From Candidatus Tectimicrobiota bacterium (GTDB lineage Bacteria; JACPUC01), in the NCBI GenBank assembly GCA_016192455.1, contig JACPUC010000026.1:142902-198820 (forward strand): DNA of 55,919 nt. The letters run 5' to 3'. A model generated the notes under the pieces. It saw only the letters and a program-made list of their open reading frames with translations. It made no database searches and was not told where the DNA came from. Each line of letters opens with the position of its first letter. Position 1 is the first letter of the stretch. The translations under genes were made by a program, and so were the position numbers. Positions 10,530 through 19,482 of this stretch are shown here, piece after piece.

Positions 10530-10704
10530 TGACCAGGGGGCGCCTTCTTTGGTGAGCTCTGCGGGAGAGGCAGAGGGAGAGAGGTCGAGGCGGAGCTTCA
10601 GAGCCAGGGGTGAGGCCGCATTCAGGGCAACGGGGGATCGCGGAGCAGGGCCGCCGGCTGCTGACGGGATGCGCCCTACCCGCAACGAGCAGGAGTCGAG
10701 AAGC

Positions 10705-12327
10705 GTGAAGGTTACCGCACACCTCCCGCCGGAACGGCTGCAGCGCTGCGTCGCCTCGCAGGATTGGCTGCACCTCTTCATGCATGAGTACGTGGATCGC
10801 TGGGAGCGGGAACGCCCCGAGCGCGTCGCCTTCACGGACGGCGAGCGCACCATGACCTGGCGCCAGGTGGCCGCCGTCACCCGCAGCCTGGCCCGCAGCC
10901 TGGCGGCGCTTGGGGTCGGCCGCGGCGACGTCGTCTCGGTGCAGCTCCCGAATATCCTCGAGTTCCCCCTCCTGCACCTGGCGCTGTCGCGCCTGGGCGC
11001 CGTGATCAACCCGGTCCACATGGCCTTTCGCCAGGCGGAGATCGCCGGCGTCGCCAAGCACGCCGAGGCGAAAGTTCTGATCTGCACCGACACGTACAAG
11101 GGTGTGAAGTACCTGGAGATGATCCAGGGAATGCGCGACCGCCTGCCGACGGTGCAGCATCTCGTGGTGCTCGGCGAGCCGCGGGGCGAGAGCTGTCACA
11201 GCCTCGCCTCCCTTCTCGAAGCGCCGGGGGGGCAGGAGCCGAGCCTTGTGCCCCTCGATGACGGCGCCGCGCTCGCCCTCTTCTACACCTCCGGGACCAC
11301 CGGCGACCCCAAGGGTGTCATCCACACCCATTTCGCCCCTCTCAGCAATGCCGGCTACTGCCTCGACGAATGGCACATGGACGAGCACACCGTCCTGATG
11401 ACCCTGGCGCCCTACACCTTTGCCTTTGGAACGTGGGCCATTTACTGCAGCGTTGCCCGCGGCATCACCCAGGTGCTCTTGGAGACCTTCGAGGTGGAGC
11501 GCTTCTGCGACAAGGTGCAGCGGCACAAGGTCAGCCTGCTCTACTGGTCGCCGGCGCACGCCATCATGGTTTTCGCCGACGAGACCTGGCGGCGGTACGA
11601 TTTCTCCCGCTTGGGCACCGTCCTCTTCAGCGGCACCTCGGTGCCGCCGTCGCTCGTCAAGCAGGTGGGGAGCAGGCTCGGCGGCAAGGTGATCGTGCTG
11701 TGGGGGATGTCGGAGTGCTACGGCACCCTCATCACCCGCCTGGAGGACGCCACGGAGATCATCGAGCGCACCGTGGGCCGCGCCGCGCGCGGCTGCGAGG
11801 TGGCGATCATCGACGCCGAGGGCAGGGAGGTGCCGCGCCGCGAGGTGGGCGAGCTGGCCCAACGCGGCGCCAACCTCTTCACCCACTACTACAAGAACCC
11901 GGCGGTAACCGCCGCCTCCTTCACCGCCGACGGCTGGTTCCGCTCCGGCGACCTGGCCACCATGGACGCCGCCGGCAACGTCACCATCGTCTCTCGCCTG
12001 AAGGATATGATCAACCGCGGCGGCACGAAGATCTACCCCGCGGAGCTGGAGGCGATGCTCATGGAGTACCCCAAAATCCAGGCGGCGGCCATCGTCGCCA
12101 TGCCGGACGAGCGGCTGGGCGAGAAGTCCTGCCTCTACGCCGTGCCGCGCCCCCGGCAAACCATCACCCTGGAAGACATCACCGCCTTCTTGAGCGAACG
12201 GGGCGTCGCCAAGTTCAAGTTTCCCGAGCGCCTGGAGATTCTTGAGCGCCTGCCGCTCAACCCTTCCAACAAGGTGGATAAGATGACGCTGCGGCGTTGG
12301 GCCGCCGAGGCCGCGGCGAAGACATAG
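10705..12327 (+). CDS. AMP-dependent acyl/aryl-CoA ligase
   Basis: YTSGTTGDPKG, WGMSE, GWFRSGD, RLKDMINRGG, KFPERLE...SNKVDK. GTG 10705 follows an AGGAG RBS. Confidence 0.9.
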   Translation: MKVTAHLPPERLQRCVASQDWLHLFMHEYVDRWERERPERVAFTDGERTMTWRQVAAVTRSLARSLAALGVGRGDVVSVQLPNILEFPLLHLALSRLGAVINPVHMAFRQAEIAGVAKHAEAKVLICTDTYKGVKYLEMIQGMRDRLPTVQHLVVLGEPRGESCHSLASLLEAPGGQEPSLVPLDDGAALALFYTSGTTGDPKGVIHTHFAPLSNAGYCLDEWHMDEHTVLMTLAPYTFAFGTWAIYCSVARGITQVLLETFEVERFCDKVQRHKVSLLYWSPAHAIMVFADETWRRYDFSRLGTVLFSGTSVPPSLVKQVGSRLGGKVIVLWGMSECYGTLITRLEDATEIIERTVGRAARGCEVAIIDAEGREVPRREVGELAQRGANLFTHYYKNPAVTAASFTADGWFRSGDLATMDAAGNVTIVSRLKDMINRGGTKIYPAELEAMLMEYPKIQAAAIVAMPDERLGEKSCLYAVPRPRQTITLEDITAFLSERGVAKFKFPERLEILERLPLNPSNKVDKMTLRRWAAEAAAKT

Positions 12328-12342
12328 AGAGGAGCGCCGTTC

Positions 12343-13302
12343 GTGGGAGCCCTACGCGTTGTCAAGAGAACGCCGCCGGGAGACGCGCCCGCGGCCCCTC
12401 CGGGGCATGACCCCGCGCACCCTCCAGCGCCTGCCTCCGGGCCTTCCCAGGAGGTTGTGCAGACCGTCGAACAGGAGCTGAAAGAGGTCGGCCACAAGGC
12501 CGGCGCCGCCGTGGTCGGCATCGTGGCGGCGAACGCCTTCGACGATCTCGTGCCGGAGGGGCATCGGCCGCGGGACCTGCTTCCCGGCTGCGCGAGCGTC
12601 ATCGTCGCCGGCGGCGTGGGACCCTCGGCCGGCCAGTGGCGCTCGCCTGATAACGAGACCATCGAGATCGTCGGCTACGACCTGCGCGAGAACGTGGCGG
12701 CGCACGTCATCGCCGATTACATCGAGCGCGTGCACGGCTACTACGCCATCCAGGCCCCGTCCCTCTCCCTGGAGGGCTGGAACCCGCCGATGAGCATGAT
12801 GCTGCCGGCGGAGCTGGCGGGCCTGGGCAATCGCAGCCTGGCGGCGCAGATCATCCTGAACCCCGAGTACGGCCTCCTCTACTACGCCGCCCTGCTGACC
12901 ACCATGCCGCTAACGCCGGATGCGCCGCTCGATGCCGAGGAGTACGCCTGCCCTTCGAAGGGCTGCGCCCAGATGTTCAGGAAGACTGGCACCACCCCCT
13001 GCCTGCGGGCCTGCCCCGATTGCCTCGACGGCGAGATCGACGCCAACGGTCGCATCGTCTGGAGCTCATACAACCGCGAGGTCTGCAGCACGCGGGCCCA
13101 GAACTACTCTCCCCAGGCGTTCCAGAAGATGCTCCTGCAGATCATCGAGGAAGAGGACCCGATGCGGCGCAAGATGATGATCTACAGCGAGTTCTTCACG
13201 CGCGCCATCTCCGCCGTCGGGTTCTACAAGGAGAGCATCGGCCAGTGCTTCGAGTGCATGCGCGTCTGCCCGGTGGGACGGGTGCAGCGCATGAAGAAGT
13301 GA
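12343..13302 (+). CDS. QueG/reductive-dehalogenase-like (predicted cobalamin + 2x[4Fe-4S]) protein, paralogue A
   Basis: GAAVVGI, P..LLPGC.SVIV, AELAGLG...ILNPEYG...LLTTMPLTPD.P, Cys set CPSKGC/CLRACPDC/C/CFECMRVCP. An alternative start at GTG 12457 aligns with paralogue B. Confidence 0.75.
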   Translation: MGALRVVKRTPPGDAPAAPPGHDPAHPPAPASGPSQEVVQTVEQELKEVGHKAGAAVVGIVAANAFDDLVPEGHRPRDLLPGCASVIVAGGVGPSAGQWRSPDNETIEIVGYDLRENVAAHVIADYIERVHGYYAIQAPSLSLEGWNPPMSMMLPAELAGLGNRSLAAQIILNPEYGLLYYAALLTTMPLTPDAPLDAEEYACPSKGCAQMFRKTGTTPCLRACPDCLDGEIDANGRIVWSSYNREVCSTRAQNYSPQAFQKMLLQIIEEEDPMRRKMMIYSEFFTRAISAVGFYKESIGQCFECMRVCPVGRVQRMKK

Positions 13303-13396
13303 GGGCGGAGCCGCCCGACCGTAGTCGCCGCGCCGCCCCCCCCAGACGCCGGACGGAACCGCCGGGACTCACCGGGATCCCGGCAAGGAATAGACC

Positions 13397-14245
13397 ATGA
13401 CGCACGAGGAGAAGATCAAGGAATTCGGCAAGCGAGCCGGCGCCCACGAGGTGGGGATCGCCGCCGCCGCGGACTTCGATGCCTACGCTCCCGAGGGGTT
13501 TCGTCCCACCGACCTTTTACCGGGCGCGAAAGCGGTCGTGGCGGCGGCCGGGGCGCCTCACAAGGCGGGCGACTGGATCAGCCCGAATCCCTTCACCATG
13601 GAGGCGACGAGCACCGCGGACCGCATCAACGGCGCGGGCCGGCGGATCACCTCGTTCATCGAGGAAGAGTTCGGCTACTACGCCCTCTACGTGCCGCCCG
13701 GGCCGCGCTCCGGGCACACGCCCTTCCTCAGCCTGCAGCTCTGCGCCGAGCTGGCGGGCTTGGGCACCCGCTCCATCGCCGGGCCGACCCTGCACGCCAA
13801 GTGGGGCATGCTCTACTTCACCGCCGTGGTCACCACGATGCCGCTGGCCGCCGACGGCCCCCTGCCGGAGCCGGTCTGCCCGGCGCCCGCCTGCATCGAG
13901 ATGTTCAAGGTCGAGCGGCGCACCCCCTGCACGAAAGTCTGCCCCGACTGCCTGCACGCCGACCTCGACGTGACGAAGGAGCGCGCCAACGGCCTCATCA
14001 AGCTGCGCACCTACGACCGCGAACGCTGCCACACCCGCTCGCAGGGCTTCTGGATCGGTGGTTTCCAGAAGGCCCTTGAAGAGGTGCTCAACGAGCCCGA
14101 CAAGGAGCGCCGCAAAATGATGCTTTACGGCGACTACTTCACCCGCACCTTGTGGGCGATCACCTTCTCGGCGCAGAACATCGGCCAGTGTTTCGAGTGC
14201 ATGCGCGTCTGCCCGGTGGGGCTTGAGGCGCGCATCTTGAAGTAG
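13397..14245 (+). CDS. QueG/reductive-dehalogenase-like (predicted cobalamin + 2x[4Fe-4S]) protein, paralogue B
   Basis: GAHEVGI, AELAGLG...LHAKWG...VVTTMPLAADGP, CPAPAC/CTKVCPDC/C/CFECMRVCP. Same architecture as 12343..13302. Confidence 0.75.
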   Translation: MTHEEKIKEFGKRAGAHEVGIAAAADFDAYAPEGFRPTDLLPGAKAVVAAAGAPHKAGDWISPNPFTMEATSTADRINGAGRRITSFIEEEFGYYALYVPPGPRSGHTPFLSLQLCAELAGLGTRSIAGPTLHAKWGMLYFTAVVTTMPLAADGPLPEPVCPAPACIEMFKVERRTPCTKVCPDCLHADLDVTKERANGLIKLRTYDRERCHTRSQGFWIGGFQKALEEVLNEPDKERRKMMLYGDYFTRTLWAITFSAQNIGQCFECMRVCPVGLEARILK

Positions 14246-14468
14246 CGGCTGGAGTGGCAACGAGCCCCTCCGCAAGCGCTTGGCGCGGGGAAGAACTCAG
14301 CCCTACCCTGGCGCCTCATCCTTTCCCTGCCAGTCCCCTGCCTGAAGCGCCGACGGTCCCAGACCCGGGTTCCCGCAACGATCCTAACAAACGCCCCTCG
14401 GTCCTCCTCCTTTGGCGCTCTCCTCATCTTGTACTCTCCTGTCTAACTACATCGAGTATCGATTGATG

Positions 14469-14484
14469 AGGCACACGCCTTGCA
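14469..14484 (+). promoter_or_regulatory. sigma-54 (-24/-12) promoter
   Basis: AGGCACACGCCTTGCA: GG(14470-71)-N10-GC(14482-83), close to the TGGCAC-N5-TTGCW consensus. Confidence 0.55.
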
Positions 14485-14500
14485 TAGGGTAGCATCAGAT

Positions 14501-14612
14501 CGAGCGCTCAACTCCGGGTGTGGGTTTTCGACACACGTCCGGCGCCCACAAGCACCTGGCGGTCCCCGCGGCAGGCCACACCCGCGGGGCGGACTTGCGA
14601 AATGAGCGCTCG
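14501..14612 (+). ncRNA. candidate structured RNA / leader (multi-stem junction)
   Basis: Closing stem CGAGCGCTCA (14501-10) / TGAGCGCTCG (14603-12) encloses CCGGGTGTG...CACACGTCCGG and CCCCGCGG...CCGCGGGG hairpins. No family recognised. Confidence 0.25.
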
Positions 14613-15006
14613 GTACGATCAGCAGGCAGGCGGAGAGAAGAGGAGTCCCTGCGTCCTGGCCGCGAGAACCGAGAAGCCGGGAGGAGCGGAGACGCCGTCG
14701 CCACTCTCCCGATGCGTGCTCCTGAAGGGGCGTCTCCGATAGGTTAGACGCTCAGAGCGTTAGAACATTGGCGAGGTAGCGGTCTGTCCTTGGCAGGCGC
14801 CGGCACAGGAGGCGGCGGTCAACTGTGACGGCATCCCGGGAGGCGCAGCTCCCAAGGTTTCAGCATGCGGCGGCACAGCGTCAGAGGGGCGGTCTCCCTG
14901 GTGATGAGATGGCCACGGGAGAAGGAAGGCGCCATCTTCTCTGATCCCTGTTCCTTCCTCGCTCTCCCGTCCAAGGAGAGGGACGCCGCCGAAAAGGACG
15001 TAGGAG

Positions 15007-17055
15007 ATGCCCAGCTCGCGGCGGCTTAAGCGCCTCATCCTCGGCATCAGCGTGGTGCTCGTCGCCATCACGGCGTTGGCGGTCTGGCAGTACTACGATG
15101 ACCTTTTGGCGCACGAGCATTACCAGCTTGTTATGGATCAACACCAGGCCCTGCATCAGGTAGGGAGCTCGTTGGCCGCGTATGTGGAAACCCTCCGCCG
15201 TGAAATCAGCGAGCTGACAACCAACGAGGCCTTTGTCCTCTTCCCCGAGGTGCGCCGCGGCGTCCTGCAGCAAAAGTTCACTTCCTGGCGGGACAGACAG
15301 GATCAGTTCTCCAACATCGCCATCGCCTTCATCAATGCGGCTGGACGGGTGGACATCGCTCTCCCCGAGCTCCCCAGCGCGGTGGAGGGAAGCTCTCTCC
15401 TTGAACGGCCCTACTTCCGCAAGGCGCGCCAGGATCTCCAACCATCGCTAAGCTTTGTGATGGAGAGCCTGGCGGGAGCCCGCTGGCTGACGATCGCCGT
15501 GCCGGCCGTCAGCTTCGAAGGAACCTTCGAGGGACTCATCCAGGTGATGATCCCCTTGAATTACCTGGTGAATCGGTTTTTCCTGCCAGCCCGACTTCGT
15601 CAGCATGGCGACATCCTCCTGGCCAACAAGGAGGGCAGGATTCTCCTGTATACCAAAGCGGAATCCATCGGCAAGAACCTGCGTGAAGGTACCGAAGAAC
15701 TGTCCGGCGAAGCGCGGCAGGCTCTTCAACGCCTGCTTCAAGAAGCCTTGGCGAACCTCTCAGGCCAGGCGATCCTTGAGTGGGATGCCGACGGGAAGGC
15801 GGCTCCGCTGCAGAAGTACGTCAGCTACGAACGCCTCCTCCTCCTGGAACAGGAATTCATCCTCTTTGCTGCCAATGGCGAAACCGACCTTGCGGGAGGT
15901 CTGCGAGGCTCCCTGTGGAGGTTCGTGCTCATCCTGACGGCCATCGCCGGGCTTGGCGTGGCGCTCGCTTCCATCGGCCTCAATGCCGTCGAGAAGCGCA
16001 CCGCCGCGGCCGACGCGCTTCGTGAGCGCGAGAACCTGGCTGAGCTGATGTCCATCATGGGCACGCGCCTCTACTTGATTGATCGGCGCATGCGCGTCCT
16101 CTGGTCCTTTACCGGCGGCGCCGAAAAGACCGCGGAGGGACCATGTCAAACCGTGATCTGGGGCCACAAGCGGCTGTGCGAGACCTGTTCCGTGCCCTTG
16201 GTCTTCGAGAGCGGCAAGACGCAGACGATGGAGTTCCGCGACGACGAACAGACTTGGTGGCGCGCCACGGCATTTCCGGTGCGGAGAGACGACGAGATCG
16301 TGGCGGTGTTTGAGCTCCTCGTCGAGATCACGGCCGAAAAGAGCCGCGAGATGGAGATGGAGCGGAGTCGCGTCATGGCGCAGCGGGCCGAGCAGCTCGC
16401 CATCGTCAGCCAGCTTGCCAGCGGCATCGTCCACGATGCCATCAACCCGCTCAACCTGATCTCCCTGCGGGCGCAGTCCCAGCTCCTGATGAACCCGACT
16501 GGAGAAGAGGCCGAGTTCCTGCACCGGGTCGTGGCAACCGTGGAACGCGTGGCCGGACTGCTCGACAAGTTGCGGCGCCTCTCCAAGACCCAGCATCCCG
16601 AGCGAACCGCTGTTGACCTTGTTGCGCTGGCGAGCCGCTGTCTCGAGCTGGTGCAACCCAAGCTGCGCGAAAAGGGAATCCAGGTCGTGCAGCACTTCCT
16701 CCACAACCTGCCGATGGTCCACGCCGATGCGAGCGCCCTGGAGCAGGTCCTGCTCAACCTCATCCTCAACGCTCTCGACGCCATGCCCGAAGGGGGCATC
16801 CTGACCCTTGCCGCTGAAGTGGAGGCGACGAACGGCCACAGGTCCGCCCTTCTCTCCGTAGCGGACACGGGAGTCGGCATTCCCGCGGAGAACCTGCGGA
16901 GAATCTTCGAACCCTTCTTCACCACGAAGGGCGAGAGGGGAACCGGTCTGGGGTTGTTCATGAGCAAGAGCCTCATCGAGGCGAATCACGGCGAGATACG
17001 CGTGGAAAGCGAACCAAACAAGGGAACCGCGTTCCATCTGGCGCTGCCGATCTGA
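15007..17055 (+). CDS. membrane sensor histidine kinase (TM-Cache-TM-PAS-like-HisKA-HATPase, NtrB-like)
   Basis: Two TM segments, H-box SGIVHDAINPL, N-box QVLLNLILNALDAM, DTGVGI, FEPFFTTK, GTGLGL. Confidence 0.92.
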   Translation: MPSSRRLKRLILGISVVLVAITALAVWQYYDDLLAHEHYQLVMDQHQALHQVGSSLAAYVETLRREISELTTNEAFVLFPEVRRGVLQQKFTSWRDRQDQFSNIAIAFINAAGRVDIALPELPSAVEGSSLLERPYFRKARQDLQPSLSFVMESLAGARWLTIAVPAVSFEGTFEGLIQVMIPLNYLVNRFFLPARLRQHGDILLANKEGRILLYTKAESIGKNLREGTEELSGEARQALQRLLQEALANLSGQAILEWDADGKAAPLQKYVSYERLLLLEQEFILFAANGETDLAGGLRGSLWRFVLILTAIAGLGVALASIGLNAVEKRTAAADALRERENLAELMSIMGTRLYLIDRRMRVLWSFTGGAEKTAEGPCQTVIWGHKRLCETCSVPLVFESGKTQTMEFRDDEQTWWRATAFPVRRDDEIVAVFELLVEITAEKSREMEMERSRVMAQRAEQLAIVSQLASGIVHDAINPLNLISLRAQSQLLMNPTGEEAEFLHRVVATVERVAGLLDKLRRLSKTQHPERTAVDLVALASRCLELVQPKLREKGIQVVQHFLHNLPMVHADASALEQVLLNLILNALDAMPEGGILTLAAEVEATNGHRSALLSVADTGVGIPAENLRRIFEPFFTTKGERGTGLGLFMSKSLIEANHGEIRVESEPNKGTAFHLALPI

Positions 17056-17267
17056 GCCGCCGACCCGGAAGTTCGGCAAAGCCCACCGCCGCCCCGCCAG
17101 GGGACACAGTCCCGCCGCGTCACCCCTGCCCCCGCAACGACAGCCCGCACCACTTGAACCAGCACCGCCGAGTTGTTATATCTAGGGATGGCGTGGAGGC
17201 TCGCGCGTGCCATTCCCCGGGCGCTGCGCGCGAGAATGCGCCCGGGACATTCTGAAAGGAGGCAGGG

Positions 17268-17531
17268 GTGGGGCTTTACCTGACCGACCCGGAACTCTAC
17301 AAGAAGTACAAGGATGAGGTGCTGAAACGCTCGCCGTCATTCCAGCGCAGCGACAAGCGCGCCATGAGCGACAAGGAGATCGCCGCCGAGCTGGGGTTGG
17401 AGGTGCGCGACGTGACGCAGATTCGCTGCATCGCCGAGCGCGACTGCTACCCGATCGAGATGTACCAGGAGTCGATGGACTTCAAGCGCGCCGCCGCGAA
17501 AGAGTATGCCGAGAAACGTTTGCGGTCGTGA
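17268..17531 (+). CDS. small hypothetical protein with HTH-like segment
   Basis: Strong RBS AAAGGAGG before the GTG, codon usage like neighbouring genes, MSDKEIAAELGLEVRDV resembles a helix-turn-helix. Confidence 0.65.
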   Translation: MGLYLTDPELYKKYKDEVLKRSPSFQRSDKRAMSDKEIAAELGLEVRDVTQIRCIAERDCYPIEMYQESMDFKRAAAKEYAEKRLRS

Positions 17532-17629
17532 ACGCTGCGGGCGCAATACCCCGGCAGGGAGCAGGGTGGCGGAAGCCGGCGGCGTGCAGGGGAGTCGCCG
17601 GCTCCACTGCCGGCGGTGCGCTGGGCGGT

Positions 17630-18544
17630 TTAATCACCTCGGCGCCGCAAGAGCCGCCGCCCTGCCGACTTCATGATCTCGGGCGCAAACCACGGGACGA
17701 CGTAGCGCCGATGAGAGAAAAAATACCTGAAATAGAACTTGGTCCACGGCCAAGAAAAGAATCTTCCTTTGCGCTGGTAAGGAGAGCCAGGCTTGGCGAG
17801 AAGGTAAGCAACATGCTCCTGCAAGGCAGGATGCACCCCTACGTGGATAGGTCCTAGATCCTTAAGAATAACCAAGCCCGCTCCGCTGATGATCTCCTCA
17901 TAGGTTCCCTTCCTGAGCTTCCAGGATAACTGCCTTCCCTCCACGTGGCGTCCAAAACCTTCCTCGTCGTCGTTATAGACGGGAATCTCGACGTAAGCCA
18001 GGCCGTCCGGAAGAAGGAGATCCCGCATGGTGCGAAACGCCGCCACGGGGTTTTCAAGGTGCTCGAAGACACCGAGACTCAGGACATAGTCGAAGCATTT
18101 CTTGAACTCCAGCGTCATCAAGTCAGCAACCACGTATTGCACCTTCTTCGTGCGCTGCTTCGCCACTTTGATGCCTTCGAGGGCAAAGTCGACGCCGAAG
18201 AGTTTCAGCTTTGCGGTCCTCTCCTTGTTTTGCAACAATTCCTCGATTACCGCGAGCGTGTACCCGCTGCCACAACCGAGATCGATCAGCGTTCCGGCCG
18301 GCGGACCCTGCCCCGCCCCTTCGCTGAAGGCCCGCAACGCCTGAAAGGCGAAACCCGGCTTGCCGTGATCATCCCAGCGATAGGGGCTGCGCCTCAAGTG
18401 GGCATCGTACCAGGCCACAAGGTTCCGCGCCTGGCTGCCACGTTGATAGCGTTCGAGCTGAGGATCAGGGGTGGCATGGTACGCGGCATAGAGTCGTGTC
18501 AGGCGCTCTTCGACGGCAGTTTGTTGCACCTCCAAGGTCCTCAC
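17630..18544 (-). CDS. class I SAM-dependent methyltransferase
   Basis: LIDLGCGSG, GVDFA, FDYVLSLGVFEHL, LLPDG. The start position is uncertain. Confidence 0.8.
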   Translation of the reverse strand: MRTLEVQQTAVEERLTRLYAAYHATPDPQLERYQRGSQARNLVAWYDAHLRRSPYRWDDHGKPGFAFQALRAFSEGAGQGPPAGTLIDLGCGSGYTLAVIEELLQNKERTAKLKLFGVDFALEGIKVAKQRTKKVQYVVADLMTLEFKKCFDYVLSLGVFEHLENPVAAFRTMRDLLLPDGLAYVEIPVYNDDEEGFGRHVEGRQLSWKLRKGTYEEIISGAGLVILKDLGPIHVGVHPALQEHVAYLLAKPGSPYQRKGRFFSWPWTKFYFRYFFSHRRYVVPWFAPEIMKSAGRRLLRRRGD

Positions 18545-18613
18545 CCGAAAGCCGATGTGGAGCCACGGTCAAGAGCCGGCTCGCACGACGACCCACAGGT
18601 CACGCCCGGGCCC

Positions 18614-19357
18614 CTACCCGATCGACTGCATCTCCTTCAGGCGCGGCTCGTGCAAGGGGATGACGAAATCGCCCAGGCGCTTTGCCTTCAGGGTGCTCGC
18701 GTACGCCAGCTCGGCGTTCAGGTGGATGCCGGGACAGATGACCGGTTGATAGGCGGCGATTTCCGGCGGCGGATTGAAGTTGATGTCGATGCTGCAGAAA
18801 CCGGAGATCACCGCCGCCCCTTGCGCCGTCTTCACCACCACCGCCTGGCAGGCTTCGGTGTGGCCGGGAACCGGCACGAGGTTGATGCCGGGAGCCACCT
18901 CGTACTCGCCCCGCACCGGATGGTAGTTCAGGTCCTTCCCGTGCTCGTTGAACCAGCGGTACATCTTCGCGGTGATGGGGTGCGGCGCGCCGGCGTGCCG
19001 CAGCTCGTCTTCCTGCACGATGATCTCGGCGTTGCGGCATTTTTGGGTGTTGAGAACGTGGTCGAAGTGCAGGTGGGTTTGAATGACGATCTCGACGTCG
19101 TCCGGCGTGAGGCCGTGCTTGCCGAGCAGGTCCTCGAAGGCGTGCACGTGCCGCCAGGGGGCGCCGAACTGTGAGTTGTTCCGCATATCCTCCTGCGAGC
19201 CCGCCGAGTCCACGATGATCGCCTTCTTCCCCCCCTCGATGAGGAAGGACACGGCGGGAACCGTCAGCATCTCGCCGGGATAGAGGAGGTAGGTAAAGAC
19301 CGACTTCGCCAAGGGTGTTTCAACCGTCACCATCGGGTGAATCTTGTAGTACGGCAT
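18614..19357 (-). CDS. metallo-beta-lactamase fold hydrolase (N-acyl homoserine lactonase family)
   Basis: QTHLHFDH (HxHxDH), PGHT, C-terminal PLHE. Confidence 0.88.
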   Translation of the reverse strand: MPYYKIHPMVTVETPLAKSVFTYLLYPGEMLTVPAVSFLIEGGKKAIIVDSAGSQEDMRNNSQFGAPWRHVHAFEDLLGKHGLTPDDVEIVIQTHLHFDHVLNTQKCRNAEIIVQEDELRHAGAPHPITAKMYRWFNEHGKDLNYHPVRGEYEVAPGINLVPVPGHTEACQAVVVKTAQGAAVISGFCSIDINFNPPPEIAAYQPVICPGIHLNAELAYASTLKAKRLGDFVIPLHEPRLKEMQSIG

Positions 19358-19482
19358 CGTGGGATCCTCATCGCTCTTCGCCGCTGCAACGGCGGCACCG
19401 CCGGGCGGGGAACCGTCGCCGGCTCCCCGCTGGGACGCTGCGCCGCACGCGCGCCGGCGCCTTCGCCGGGCGCCGCCTCCCC

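Noticed and set aside
12343-14245. Canonical queG or respiratory rdhAB
   Set aside because: No YAxGxDYH-type QueG motif, no TAT signal, no rdhB membrane anchor, and a non-canonical first Cys motif.
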